64,000 bases of DNA from Parachlamydiales bacterium (lineage in GTDB: Bacteria > Chlamydiota > Chlamydiia > Chlamydiales > SM23-39), in the NCBI GenBank assembly GCA_050302075.1, contig JBNLAH010000003.1, positions 4,484-68,483 on the forward strand, written 5' to 3'. This document shows, piece by piece, positions 1 through 9,956 of the stretch. Position numbers and translations under genes: made by a program. Each line of letters begins with the position of its first letter. The first letter of the stretch is position 1. Below the pieces are notes generated by a model, which was given only the letters and a program-made list of their open reading frames with translations, made no database searches and had not been told where the DNA came from.

Positions 1-181
1 TGTATGAAAAGTAATCATAATATCTCGCCACTGTCTTGGAATGAATACATGATAAATCAGCTCAACACTTGATCTCAATTAGAAGTGAGTCAAAAAACAG
101 CACTATAATACTTTTTAATTTTGCTATAGTGTAAAGCAAAGTGTAAAATGAAACATTTGAAATCACCCCCCCTTTCAAGGA

Positions 182-1225
182 TTGAAAAATTTAAAAAATT
201 TTGTTCTTTTATTTTTAGTTAAGATTTCAAGGGTTTTTGTAAAAACAAACTCTTATCAAGAGCTCAACCCTAGATTTCTTATTTTATCGACAACAGGTCT
301 TGGCGATACTTTATGGGCAACCCCCGCCATTAAAACTTTAAAACTACATTTCAAAGACTCATATATAGCTGTTTTAACAACTAATTTTGGATCTGAAGTC
401 TTAGCAAACAACCCTCATATTGATGATCTTTTTACCATTGACAAGTTATTTTCATTTAAGACATTTCCGCTTTGGAGGAAATTAAAAAAGCAGAGAATAC
501 AAGTAATTTTTCATTTTCATACATCTCAAAGAATCATTCTCCCGTTTGCTTCAACAATTGGAGCTGAAAAAATAATCGGCAGTTTCGGGAAAACAAAAGG
601 ACTTGACCAGATTTTAACTGATCCTTTTAAGGAGCTAAAATTACATGAAATTGAAAAAAGGCTTCATCTATTAAGTGCTCTCGGAGTTTCTGCAAAGCTT
701 ACCTATCCAGAATGTTTTTTATCAAAAAAGCTGAATAATCCTCAAAAAAAAGAAAAGTGGATACTACTCCATCCAGGAGCAAAAGACGGCTATAAATGCT
801 GGCCTCTGGACTCATACCTTGATTTAGCAGAGCTTTATAAAAAAGAATATAACGCAAAAATCTTCTTTTCTATTGGTCCTAGCGATAAACCCCTTTTAAA
901 AATTATTGAAAGCTCTTGTAATGACACGATAGTAAAAAACCTTAAGTTGAAAGATTTTGCAAGGACCTTAAGCAAAATGGACTTAGTAGTTACAAATGAC
1001 ACAGGACCTATGCATTTATCTTGTGCATTAAATGTTCCTACGCTTGCAATTTTTTCATCCACCGACCCCAGAGAATGTGGCCCTAAAGGAACATTAGTCA
1101 AGGTAATTAAAGTTCAAAAAACATGCACTCCATGCCTTTTAAGAAAGTGCAAAGAGCCTTTTTGTTTTTATCAGGTAAGTCCAAAAGATGTTTATGAAAC
1201 ATCCAGAAATTTTCTAGAAAAATAA
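182..1225 (+). CDS. Glycosyltransferase family 9 (LPS heptosyltransferase-like)
   Basis: 347-aa ORF with a TTG start. GT9-type motifs: N-terminal STTGLGDTLW, LLHPGAKDGYKCWP, and C-terminal VTNDTGPMHLSCALNVPTLAIF. Confidence 0.75.
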   Translation: MKNLKNFVLLFLVKISRVFVKTNSYQELNPRFLILSTTGLGDTLWATPAIKTLKLHFKDSYIAVLTTNFGSEVLANNPHIDDLFTIDKLFSFKTFPLWRKLKKQRIQVIFHFHTSQRIILPFASTIGAEKIIGSFGKTKGLDQILTDPFKELKLHEIEKRLHLLSALGVSAKLTYPECFLSKKLNNPQKKEKWILLHPGAKDGYKCWPLDSYLDLAELYKKEYNAKIFFSIGPSDKPLLKIIESSCNDTIVKNLKLKDFARTLSKMDLVVTNDTGPMHLSCALNVPTLAIFSSTDPRECGPKGTLVKVIKVQKTCTPCLLRKCKEPFCFYQVSPKDVYETSRNFLEK

Positions 1226-1269
1226 TTGCCCACATTATATCTTCTAGTAAAAATTTTAAAAATCAAGTT

Positions 1270-2193
1270 ATGTCTGGCCATTTAAAAGGCAGAAATCTAA
1301 TTTCAATCACCGACCTGACTAAATCAGAAATCTTGCAGGTTTTAAAGTTATCAAAGATATTCAAAGAAAAATCGTTTCCTGAACTTTTAAAAAAATATAT
1401 TCTAGCAAATTGCTTTTTTGAACCTTCTACTCGAACTAGATTATCATTTGAAACTGCTATGTTGAGATGTGGTGGAAAAACTATTGGTTTCTCAGATACC
1501 AAAAGTACTTCGATTGAAAAAAAGGAATCGCTTTCAGACAGCATTAAAATAATTAGTAAATATGCTGACATTATTACAATTAGACATCCTTATGAAGGAT
1601 CTGCTTTGCAAGCTGCAGAATCATCTTCTGTGCCTGTCATAAATGCAGGAGATGGAGCAAACCAGCATCCAACACAAACTCTAATTGATCTTTTTTCTAT
1701 TCTAGAAAGTCAAGGTACTTTGGATGATTTGAATATTGCCATTATCGGAGACTTAAAATATGCCAGGACAGTCCACTCGCTTGTAATTGCACTTGCTTTG
1801 TTCAAAACTAGGTTATTTTTTGTATCTCCAGAAATGTTAACGCTGCCAGATGAAATAATCTCCATCATAAAAAAGCACGGCATAAAATTTTCATTTCATA
1901 AGACAATTGATGAAGTTTTGTCTAAATTAGATATTTTATACATGACAAGAATTCAAGAAGAGCGATTGAGCAACTATGAAATGAGTGAAGTTAAAAACAA
2001 TTGTATGCTTAAAATAGAGCACTTTCGCTCAGTAAAGAAAACACTTCGTGTTTTACATCCCCTTCCAAGAGTTGATGAAATCGAAATTACTATTGACCAT
2101 ACCCCTTATGCGTACTATTTTACTCAAGCAGAGAATGGAGTTTATATAAGACAAGCACTATTAGCATTAATTTTAGGTGAGTTTGACTTATGA
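1270..2193 (+). CDS. pyrB: Aspartate carbamoyltransferase catalytic subunit
   Basis: 307 aa. Carries the STRTRLSFE carbamoyl-phosphate binding motif, HPTQ, and HPLPRVDEI. ATG at 1270. Confidence 0.9.
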   Translation: MSGHLKGRNLISITDLTKSEILQVLKLSKIFKEKSFPELLKKYILANCFFEPSTRTRLSFETAMLRCGGKTIGFSDTKSTSIEKKESLSDSIKIISKYADIITIRHPYEGSALQAAESSSVPVINAGDGANQHPTQTLIDLFSILESQGTLDDLNIAIIGDLKYARTVHSLVIALALFKTRLFFVSPEMLTLPDEIISIIKKHGIKFSFHKTIDEVLSKLDILYMTRIQEERLSNYEMSEVKNNCMLKIEHFRSVKKTLRVLHPLPRVDEIEITIDHTPYAYYFTQAENGVYIRQALLALILGEFDL

Positions 2194-2648
2194 AAAAATT
2201 ACTGGTTTCAGCAATTGAAATGGGGACAGTAATAGACCATGTACCTTCAAGAGAAAGCCTAAAAATTATTAAGTTATTGAATATAGATCAAATTGAAAAC
2301 CGCATCACAATTGGGGTTAATCTTTTAAGCCAAAAACTAGGTAAAAAAGACCTAATTAAAATTGAAAATATTCAGCTAAGTCAAAAAGATGCTCAGCTGA
2401 TAGGTTTGTTTGCCCCATCAGCTAGCATTAATTTGATTGAAAATTACAAAGTAGTAAAAAAATATAAAAATAAACTCCCTGAAACTATTTATTCTATTTT
2501 AGTATGCCCAAACAGCCTCTGTATTACTAATTTTGAAAAGACAGCTACTTGTTTTTTAGTTGAGCAAACAGACTCTATAATCGAACTGCATTGCAAGTAC
2601 TGTCAAAAAAAGTTCCTGAAGGAAACTATTCAAGAGTTTAAAAATTGA
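2190..2648 (+). CDS. pyrI: Aspartate carbamoyltransferase regulatory subunit
   Basis: 152 aa with an ATGA overlap onto pyrB. N-terminal VSAIEMGTVIDHVP. C-terminal zinc domain CPNSLC...CKYC. Confidence 0.85.
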   Translation: MKKLLVSAIEMGTVIDHVPSRESLKIIKLLNIDQIENRITIGVNLLSQKLGKKDLIKIENIQLSQKDAQLIGLFAPSASINLIENYKVVKKYKNKLPETIYSILVCPNSLCITNFEKTATCFLVEQTDSIIELHCKYCQKKFLKETIQEFKN

Positions 2649-2720
2649 TAGAAACATTTCAGATGAGCTGTTAAATAATAGCCCAGACATTATAATTTAT
2701 AGCTCAGGATCTTCACAGCA

Positions 2721-3716
2721 ATGCTGATCCTGCAAAATAATCCAAGCTTGCATGGAATTTATATGTTAGAAAACAAAAGTCCTAAAATTTACATTATTAT
2801 TCTAAATTACAATGGTAAATCAGATACAATCAACTGCCTTTATTCATTATCTTCAGCAAAGCTTGAGAATACAACTACCCTAGTAATAGACAATGCTTCT
2901 ATTGATGGATCAGTAAATGAAATAAAGAAAACATTTCCTAAAGTTTCAATAATTGAAAATGAAACTAATCTCGGGTATGCCGAAGGTAATAATGTAGGAA
3001 TTAAGTTTGCCTATGATCAAGGGGCAGATTATATCCTTTTATTGAATAATGACATCAAAGTTGATCCCTATTTTTTAGAAGAGCTGCTTTGTTTGGCTTC
3101 AAAAAAGCCAAAAGGAGGAATCTTTGGATCAGCTATTTATCGTTACGATAACCCTGATAAGCTTGAGCACCTCGGAGGATTCTACAACCCCTCTACTTGT
3201 GAGTTTGTTTCAAATAAAAAAAACCTTAAATCACCTAAAAAAGTAGACTATGTTTGTGGTTGCACTATTCTAATCAAAAGAGATGTCATTGAAAAAGTTG
3301 GCTTCTTTGAACCTAAATTTTTTTTAATGTGGGAAGAAGCTGATTTGTGCACTAGGGCCATTAGGGAAGGCTTTGAGATTTGGGCTCAGCCTACTTCTAA
3401 AATATGGCATAAGATATCTGCTTCTTTTGAAGATGGGAAACCTCAATTGCATTATTTTTGGTGGCGAAACCGACTTTTATGGATGAAAAGAAATTTGGAT
3501 AAACAAGAGAAAAAACTAATATATAAAAAAGTAATCATCCCTGAAATAATTAAGTCTTATAGGCATTTTCTTTTAAAAGGTTTCCTTTTAGTATTTAGTT
3601 TTTCTTTCGAGAAAAGAAAAAAAAGAAAAGCAAAGTATCTTCGTTTAAAAGCCGGATGTAAAGGGATTCGAGATTACTTCATGAATAGGTTTGGAAATAC
3701 ATATAAAAAAGTTTAG
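2721..3716 (+). CDS. Glycosyltransferase family 2
   Basis: GT2 signature IIILNYNG, DNASIDGS, and LLLNNDI (DXD-like). The start may instead be the internal Met at 2763. Basic Lys-rich C-terminal tail. Confidence 0.8.
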   Translation: MLILQNNPSLHGIYMLENKSPKIYIIILNYNGKSDTINCLYSLSSAKLENTTTLVIDNASIDGSVNEIKKTFPKVSIIENETNLGYAEGNNVGIKFAYDQGADYILLLNNDIKVDPYFLEELLCLASKKPKGGIFGSAIYRYDNPDKLEHLGGFYNPSTCEFVSNKKNLKSPKKVDYVCGCTILIKRDVIEKVGFFEPKFFLMWEEADLCTRAIREGFEIWAQPTSKIWHKISASFEDGKPQLHYFWWRNRLLWMKRNLDKQEKKLIYKKVIIPEIIKSYRHFLLKGFLLVFSFSFEKRKKRKAKYLRLKAGCKGIRDYFMNRFGNTYKKV

Positions 3717-3769
3717 CAGGGAAAAAAATCTTCTAACTATGTATAAATAAATAGTAGGAGCAATTATTT

Positions 3770-4639
3770 ATGCGTTTAAAAAAAATATTAAAATTCTTTT
3801 ACCTTTCATTTGCACTTATTTTCCTAACAGGATGCGAAACAAACATGCCAATTGTTAATAATGTTGACGAACGTGAAGCAAATGAAATTATTGTATATTT
3901 AGCAAAAAATAATGTTGAAGCTCAAAAATCCCCTTCTTCAGCTGGAGAAATCGCGGGAGCTGGCGCTTCAAATATGTGGAACATCATAGTTAATGAAAGC
4001 GACTCAGTAAAAGCTATGGCTTTATTAAATGAAGTTGGCCTTCCAAGAAGACAAGGGACTAATTTGCTTGAGTTATTTGCTAAATCTGGACTGATGTCAT
4101 CTGACAGAGAAGAAACGATTAGGTACCATGCTGGCTTAGCTGAAGAATTGAAAAATACCATTCGTAAAATGGATGGTGTATTAGATGCTGATGTACAAAT
4201 TTCTTTCCCATTAGAGGAACCACTTCCAGGTGAAGCTCCCCCAAAAATCACAGCTGCAATTTATGTAAAACATCAAGGTGTACTGGACAATCCAAACAAT
4301 CATTTGGAAAGCAAAATTAAGCGTTTGGTTGCAGGCAGCATCCCTAAATTAGAATACGACAGCGTGTCTGTTATATCAGATAGATCAAGGTTTATGGCTT
4401 GGGCAGATGTTAAAGAAGAAGCGCAAGCGAGAGACATGGAAAAAGACTATGTAAAGCTATGGTCTGTTACAATGAGCAGACAGTCTGTAGGAGCATTTCG
4501 TACAATATTCTTTTTTATGCTGATCATTATTTTTATACTTGGAGCTGCTCTTATTTGGATTACTTATAGCTTTTATCCTCAGATTTTTCAAAAAATTTTA
4601 AAAATAAAAAATGTTATCCCAACTAAGAAAAATAAATAG
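3770..4639 (+). CDS. sctJ: Type III secretion inner-membrane ring lipoprotein SctJ (CdsJ/YscJ family)
   Basis: AGGAG ribosome-binding site upstream. Lipobox LTGC followed by VNNVDEREANEIIVYLAKNNVEA, typical of YscJ/FliF-type ring proteins. C-terminal TM helix. First gene of the sctJ-T block. Confidence 0.85.
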   Translation: MRLKKILKFFYLSFALIFLTGCETNMPIVNNVDEREANEIIVYLAKNNVEAQKSPSSAGEIAGAGASNMWNIIVNESDSVKAMALLNEVGLPRRQGTNLLELFAKSGLMSSDREETIRYHAGLAEELKNTIRKMDGVLDADVQISFPLEEPLPGEAPPKITAAIYVKHQGVLDNPNNHLESKIKRLVAGSIPKLEYDSVSVISDRSRFMAWADVKEEAQARDMEKDYVKLWSVTMSRQSVGAFRTIFFFMLIIIFILGAALIWITYSFYPQIFQKILKIKNVIPTKKNK

Positions 4640-5482
4640 ATGAGAAAATCGTCTTATATTGTATTAAAAAGTATTTTAAATACCTCTCAAAGTTTTGAGA
4701 GGCTTACTCCTTTTTTAGATGACATATATTTAAGTAAACTAGTTTCGCTAGATGCTCCTAAATCTTTTTCCTATAAGCATTTTTTCACAGAAAATATTTT
4801 CAACCATGTTCACTATTCATGGCTAATTCCTACTCTAAAAAACTTAAAAGAAGATTTAAGTTTTTGCATAGCTTCTTTGCCTGAAAAAATGCGCGTAAAG
4901 CTAAGTAGACAATTTAATATAGAACCCTATCCTAATGAAATTACAGACACTGCAAAAGAGTATATCCATTTAATTTTTTTAAACTCGCTTTTAGGAGAAG
5001 AAGATACGATCCTGCCGATTCAATACCTTGAGTACTCCCCTATAAACACCTTGGCATCTAAAACAAAAGAAAACCTAATTCAAGTTATCGATTATTTAGC
5101 TCTTTTTGACCTTTCTAAAGAGATTAGAAAGATCCTCAACACAAATACAATAAAGAAAATCTATTCTTTTCTAACCGACAAAGAAAAAAAGTTCTTAAAA
5201 AAAACTCAGTCTTTAAATGACCCTGTCTCCTTCAGTTCTTTATTAGAAAAGTGGGATGGAACTAAAGAAAGCTTCAGAAAAATCTTACATAAAAAAGGCT
5301 TATATAGATTTGGCCTTGCTTTATGTGGATCTCATCCAGACCTAATTTGGTATATTTGTCACCTTTTAGATGTTGGCAGAGGTGCTAGCTTAATGAAAAT
5401 GTGTGAAAAAAAGGTAAACCCTGTAATATCAGATACTATACAGTCACATATTTTAGAAATATTAGACATATTAAAGGCCTAA
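4640..5482 (+). CDS. Hypothetical protein in the T3SS cluster (positional equivalent of SctK / chlamydial CT560)
   Basis: 280 aa, abutting sctJ (stop 4639, start 4640) and followed by sctL. I recognise no motif; the call is based on position only. Confidence 0.45.
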   Translation: MRKSSYIVLKSILNTSQSFERLTPFLDDIYLSKLVSLDAPKSFSYKHFFTENIFNHVHYSWLIPTLKNLKEDLSFCIASLPEKMRVKLSRQFNIEPYPNEITDTAKEYIHLIFLNSLLGEEDTILPIQYLEYSPINTLASKTKENLIQVIDYLALFDLSKEIRKILNTNTIKKIYSFLTDKEKKFLKKTQSLNDPVSFSSLLEKWDGTKESFRKILHKKGLYRFGLALCGSHPDLIWYICHLLDVGRGASLMKMCEKKVNPVISDTIQSHILEILDILKA

Positions 5483-5485
5483 TTT

Positions 5486-6115
5486 ATGAAATTTTTTTCT
5501 CTTGTAAAAGATGGTGAGCTCCATACTGCTCCTGGAACTAAAGTTGTACCTAAGGAAGAACTAGAGTCATTGATTGATTCTGCGAAACTATTAGAGAAAG
5601 TCGACCACGAAATGAAAGAGTATCGCAAAGAAGTTTTAAAAGAATGTGAAAATCTAAAAAAAGAAGCACACGAAGAAGGTTTTCAGGAGGGATTAAAGAG
5701 ATTCAATGAAGCCACTTTAAAGTTAAACCAAGAAAGTAAAAAAATTCATGATGACATCCAAAAAAAAATAACTCCTTTGACAATGCAGGCAGCTAGAAAA
5801 ATTCTTGGGGAAGAGCTGAAATTAAATCCTAAGCGAATAGTTGAAATTGTATCTCAGGCGCTAAAGCCAATTACATCTCACAAATACGTTAAAATTTTTG
5901 TAAATAAAGCTGATCTAGAAATTTTGGATAAAGAAAAGGAGAACATAAAAAAGATATTAGAGCAAGTTGATACGTTTTCTTTGCAAGAAAGATCAGATAT
6001 CGAACCTGGTGGTTGTATTATAGAGACAGAAGCTGGTATTATTAATGCCCAGTTAGAGAATCAGTGGCGAGCTTTAGAAGCTGCGTTTGAATCATTTTTA
6101 AAACAGCAACAATAA
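5486..6115 (+). CDS. sctL: Type III secretion stator protein SctL (CdsL/YscL, FliH-like)
   Basis: 209 aa. Charged coiled-coil N-terminal half. C-terminal FliH/YscL-like segment ending GGCIIETEAGIINAQLENQWRALEAAF. Position between sctJ and sctR. Confidence 0.7.
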   Translation: MKFFSLVKDGELHTAPGTKVVPKEELESLIDSAKLLEKVDHEMKEYRKEVLKECENLKKEAHEEGFQEGLKRFNEATLKLNQESKKIHDDIQKKITPLTMQAARKILGEELKLNPKRIVEIVSQALKPITSHKYVKIFVNKADLEILDKEKENIKKILEQVDTFSLQERSDIEPGGCIIETEAGIINAQLENQWRALEAAFESFLKQQQ

Positions 6116-6903
6116 TGTCTTATCGAAAATTTTTTATTTTTTTATTTCTAATTCTAAGCTTTTCGGCGGTGGCACAGGAAGCCCCTACCACAGATCTTAT
6201 GGCACAACTACAAAGTCAGGCCAATCAAGTCGCATTTGAAGGTCCTTCGGTCATAACCAAAATGACCATACTAGCGGGCATAGCGATACTGCCTTTCTTA
6301 ATAATGCTTTTAACCTCTTATGTTAAAATTGTAATAGTGTTGGCGCTTTTAAGAAACGCTCTTGGAGTACAACAATCCCCTCCCAACCAAGTTATTAATG
6401 GAATCGCTTTAATGCTAACTGTCTATGTAATGTTTCCAACTGGATATGCAATGTACCAAGCATCTGAAAATGTGATAAAACAATCGCCTCCGGAAATTGT
6501 TTCAGCTCAAACTCCAGCTTACTTAATTAACGTAATTGACGCAGGGAAAGAACCTTTAAGGCAATTTTTAATTCGTAATTCTTTGCAAAAAAGCACAAGA
6601 TCATTTTACCAGATTGCTTATAGGCTGTTTCCAGAGCCCTTTAAAGAGTCTTTAAAGTCCTCTGATTTTATAATATTAGTTCCATCGTTTATTACTACTC
6701 AGCTAAAAGCTGCTTTTGAAATTGGTGTACTAATTTATTTGCCCTTCTTTGTGATTGACCTTGTAACTTCCAACATCTTACTTGCAATGGGAATGATGAT
6801 GTTATCTCCACTTACAATTGCCCTTCCAATTAAGCTACTGTTACTTGTGATAATTGATGGTTGGACATTATTGGTTCAAGGTCTCATTTTGACCTTTAAA
6901 TAG
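6115..6903 (+). CDS. sctR: Type III secretion export apparatus protein SctR
   Basis: 262 aa, polytopic. FliP/YscR-type motifs: LPFLIMLLTSYVKIVIVLALLRNALG, and FEIGVLIYLPFFVIDLV. Confidence 0.9.
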   Translation: MSYRKFFIFLFLILSFSAVAQEAPTTDLMAQLQSQANQVAFEGPSVITKMTILAGIAILPFLIMLLTSYVKIVIVLALLRNALGVQQSPPNQVINGIALMLTVYVMFPTGYAMYQASENVIKQSPPEIVSAQTPAYLINVIDAGKEPLRQFLIRNSLQKSTRSFYQIAYRLFPEPFKESLKSSDFIILVPSFITTQLKAAFEIGVLIYLPFFVIDLVTSNILLAMGMMMLSPLTIALPIKLLLLVIIDGWTLLVQGLILTFK

Positions 6904-6914
6904 GTATAAAGAAC

Positions 6915-7187
6915 ATGTTATTTTTAAACGAAATATACCAGTTAACTTATCAAGCACTTTTGCTTATCTTAATATTATCTGGTCCACCTATCTTGGTGAG
7001 CATGATATTTGGTTTAATGGTTGCTATTTTTCAAGCTGCGACTCAGATTCAAGAACAAACACTTTCTTTTACAGTGAAACTGTTTGCCGTTGTTTTCACA
7101 TTGATAGCTCTTGGAGGCTGGCTAGGGGCACAAATTATTAATTTTGCCAATACAATTTTTAACAACTTCCCTAATTGGAGACCATAA
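6915..7187 (+). CDS. sctS: Type III secretion export apparatus protein SctS
   Basis: 90-aa two-TM hairpin of FliQ/YscS type (VAIFQAATQIQEQTLSF). Confidence 0.9.
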   Translation: MLFLNEIYQLTYQALLLILILSGPPILVSMIFGLMVAIFQAATQIQEQTLSFTVKLFAVVFTLIALGGWLGAQIINFANTIFNNFPNWRP

Positions 7188-8042
7188 GTGAATGGAGCTA
7201 TGTCTTCAACTGATTCATATTTATCGCTTATACTAAATATCCCAAATATCTCTCCTATATCCGTTTTAGGATATTTTTTTCTGGCGATGTTTAGAATAGT
7301 TCCAATTATAGTCCTTGCACCTTTTTTAGGAGGTAAAAACCTCCCTAATCCTATTAAAATTATGTTTGCAATAAGCTTAACTACAATCATCTTACCTGAA
7401 ATAGTGCTTCAAGGTTCAAAAGAGCTTTTATTTGATATGCGGTTTGTGGGACTTGGCCTAAAGGAATTACTGATTGGAGCAATGCTGGGATTTCTTGTTG
7501 CTATTCCTTTTTACATCGCTCAGAATTCTGGTACATTAGTAGATCACATGCGTGGAGCATCTTCTTTGCAAGTATCCGATCCAACTACACAAGTACAAAC
7601 GAGTTCCATTGGTATTTTTTATAATTATATATTAATAGCAGTCTTTTTTGCCGTTGACGGCCCTTTTATTTTCTTTAATACATTAATTCAATCGTTTCAA
7701 TTAGTTCCTGTTACAGATTTAGTTAACCCTGCCTTTTTTTCTTTAAAAATACCACTTTGGCAGATGATTATTTCTTTGTTTAATCACATAATGTCTATGG
7801 CAATACAACTTGCAGCTCCTTGTATAGTCGGAATACTTATGGCAGAGATGTTTTTAGGTATTGCTAACCGCCTTGCGCCACAAGTGCAAATTGTTTTTTT
7901 AGGTATGCCACTTAAATCATGGCTAGGAATATTCTGTCTTTTGATTGCTTGGTATTTTATTATACAGCAGTTAGGAAAAGAGTCATTGAACTGGATCAAG
8001 ACCTTAGACCAAATGATAGCAAGAATACCTAAAGCTACTTAA
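7188..8042 (+). CDS. sctT: Type III secretion export apparatus protein SctT
   Basis: 284-aa polytopic membrane protein with a GTG start immediately after sctS. FliR/YscT-like. Last gene of the block. Confidence 0.85.
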   Translation: MNGAMSSTDSYLSLILNIPNISPISVLGYFFLAMFRIVPIIVLAPFLGGKNLPNPIKIMFAISLTTIILPEIVLQGSKELLFDMRFVGLGLKELLIGAMLGFLVAIPFYIAQNSGTLVDHMRGASSLQVSDPTTQVQTSSIGIFYNYILIAVFFAVDGPFIFFNTLIQSFQLVPVTDLVNPAFFSLKIPLWQMIISLFNHIMSMAIQLAAPCIVGILMAEMFLGIANRLAPQVQIVFLGMPLKSWLGIFCLLIAWYFIIQQLGKESLNWIKTLDQMIARIPKAT

Positions 8043-8138
8043 AGCTGCGTATGTTTATAACAATCAATTTAGCTCTAATGATATTAGAAAATAAAATCTA
8101 AAAATATTAAAATGAGAAAAATTTAATAAGTAAAACAT

Positions 8139-8774
8139 ATGAGCTCAATTCAAATCGCCAACTATTTTATTGCACTTTTAATGATCTGTAATCCCATTGG
8201 AGTACTACCAATTTTTTTAAAATTAACAGAAACTGATACTTACCAAGAAAGAAGAGCCACTTCAGTAAAAGCTGCAATAGCTGTTTTTTTCATCTTGCTT
8301 GGATCAGCATGGCTTGGGATCCCTCTTTTACATATTTTAGGAATTAGAATCGCTCCTTTTCAATTTACAGGAGGATTAGTGGTGTTACTCTTAGCTCTCT
8401 CAATGTTAAGAGCAGACGATACTAGGTATAAACAAACAACAGAAGAGAAAAAAGAATCCGTTCAAAAAGAATCTGTCGCAATTACTCCATTAGCTATTCC
8501 TTTGATTGCAGGCCCTGGGTCTATTAGTTCTATCATTACAACTAAATCAATATATCCAGGAATGGACAGTACTTTAATATTATCGCTAATTATTTTGGGA
8601 GTATCATTTTTAATGGGTTCATTCCTATTTTTTGCATCCAAAGTAGAAGATGTCTTAGGTAGGGTTGGAATAAATATATTCACAAGAATCGGAGCTTTAA
8701 TTGTCGCTTCAAATGCCCTTGGCACACTTGAGGGGGCGCTTAAAGAAATGTTTCCGTTTTTAACGGGTGGCTAA
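8139..8774 (+). CDS. MarC family (UPF0056) integral membrane protein
   Basis: 211 aa, six predicted TM segments, N-terminal NPIGVLPIFL motif typical of MarC/YhgN. Confidence 0.75.
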   Translation: MSSIQIANYFIALLMICNPIGVLPIFLKLTETDTYQERRATSVKAAIAVFFILLGSAWLGIPLLHILGIRIAPFQFTGGLVVLLLALSMLRADDTRYKQTTEEKKESVQKESVAITPLAIPLIAGPGSISSIITTKSIYPGMDSTLILSLIILGVSFLMGSFLFFASKVEDVLGRVGINIFTRIGALIVASNALGTLEGALKEMFPFLTGG

Positions 8775-9956
8775 TTTTTTTGTGACACTTAAAACTTTAT
8801 CAGCAAATATATCCATTTGTTCTAGCGTATTGTAAATACCAACAGAGGCTCTAGCGACCGAGGTTTCATTTAGTGTTTTTAAATAAGGCTGGGCACAAAG
8901 ATGTCCAGTTCTAATTGAAACCCCTTCAAAGTCTAGGAAAGTTGCTAGATCAAGAGGATGAATTGAATCAATTTTAAATGTCACAATTGATTTTCTAGTG
9001 TCTGATTCGCCGATAAGTTTTAAACCATCTATTCCAGACAAGTTTTTCAAGAGCCGAGCAATAAGCCTCTCTTCATGAGTTGATATGTTGTCTACTCCAA
9101 TCATTTGAAGAAGTTTTATAGATTCATGAAAAGCTATAACTTCTGCTATAGCAGGAGTTCCAGATTCAAACTTCATAGGAGCTGGCTGACATGTAAAACC
9201 CCCGAGATATACTGTCTGAATCATATCTCCTCCCCCATTGACCGGGTTCATTTGTTCCAGAAGGCTTTTTTTTGCATAAAGTACCCCTACGCCAAATGGA
9301 CCATACACTTTATGAGCTGAAAAGCAGTAAAAATCGGCATCGAGATCTGTCACGTCAACTTTCATGTGCCCAACAGCTTGAGCTCCATCAATCAAGACTT
9401 TTGCATTGTAGGCATGTGCTTTTTCTATGATATGTTTAACAGGGTGGCACGTTCCTGTTACATTTGATACATGAGCCAATGCAACAATCTTAACTCTAGG
9501 TGTTAATAATTTTTCAAATTCACTAATTACTAACTCCCCTTTTTCATCTGCTGGAATAAACTTTAAGGTAAGTTTTTTTTCCCTAGCCAACATCTGCCAA
9601 GGAACCAAATTTGAATGGTGTTCCATTGTTGTTAAAATAACTTCATCACCTTCCTCTAAGAAATTTCCGTAAGATTTCGCCACCAAGTTAATTGATTCAG
9701 TGGTATTTTTTGTAAAAACAATCTCTTCGTCTGAGCTGGCCTGAATAAATGCCTTTATTAGAGATCTTGTCTCAAAGTAGCTCTGAGAAGCTTCTTGAGA
9801 CAACTTATGCAAAGACCTATGTACTGTCGCACAAAAATTTTGATAAAAAGAAGCTAACTTATTCACCATGCAAGAAGGTTTTAAACTGGTTGCAGCCGTA
9901 TCTAAATAGATTCCATCTTTGGATTGTGGGAATTCTTTTTTAATTAGCTCTAACAT
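8760..9956 (-). CDS. sufS: Cysteine desulfurase (class V aminotransferase, SufS type)
   Basis: 398 aa. HHSNLVPWQ; PLP-lysine region SAHKVYGPFGVGVLY; RTGHLCAQP active-site Cys loop. Last gene of the suf operon. Confidence 0.85.
   Translation of the reverse strand: MLELIKKEFPQSKDGIYLDTAATSLKPSCMVNKLASFYQNFCATVHRSLHKLSQEASQSYFETRSLIKAFIQASSDEEIVFTKNTTESINLVAKSYGNFLEEGDEVILTTMEHHSNLVPWQMLAREKKLTLKFIPADEKGELVISEFEKLLTPRVKIVALAHVSNVTGTCHPVKHIIEKAHAYNAKVLIDGAQAVGHMKVDVTDLDADFYCFSAHKVYGPFGVGVLYAKKSLLEQMNPVNGGGDMIQTVYLGGFTCQPAPMKFESGTPAIAEVIAFHESIKLLQMIGVDNISTHEERLIARLLKNLSGIDGLKLIGESDTRKSIVTFKIDSIHPLDLATFLDFEGVSIRTGHLCAQPYLKTLNETSVARASVGIYNTLEQMDIFADKVLSVTKKLATR

Noticed and set aside
1-181. Possible 5' end of a minus-strand gene leaving the window (ATG at 18..16 reading MITFHT...), and an unassigned 3' edge (63946..64000).
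   Set aside because: Only 6 codons are visible at the left edge and about 18 at the right edge, which is insufficient to call anything.
835-1101. Many antisense or alternate-frame ORFs of 60-160 aa in the supplied track. Examples: 835..1101, 1263..1571, 3922..4251, 7049..7390, 8462..8725, 12754..13095, 23673..24560, 26218..26694, 49001..49360, 50651..50944, 54655..55023, 56310..56636, 60544..60837, 63146..63409.
   Set aside because: Each lies entirely inside a longer ORF on the other strand or frame that has clear family motifs. Their sequences are low-complexity or Ser/Leu/Phe-rich with no motifs, typical of shadow ORFs in AT-rich DNA.
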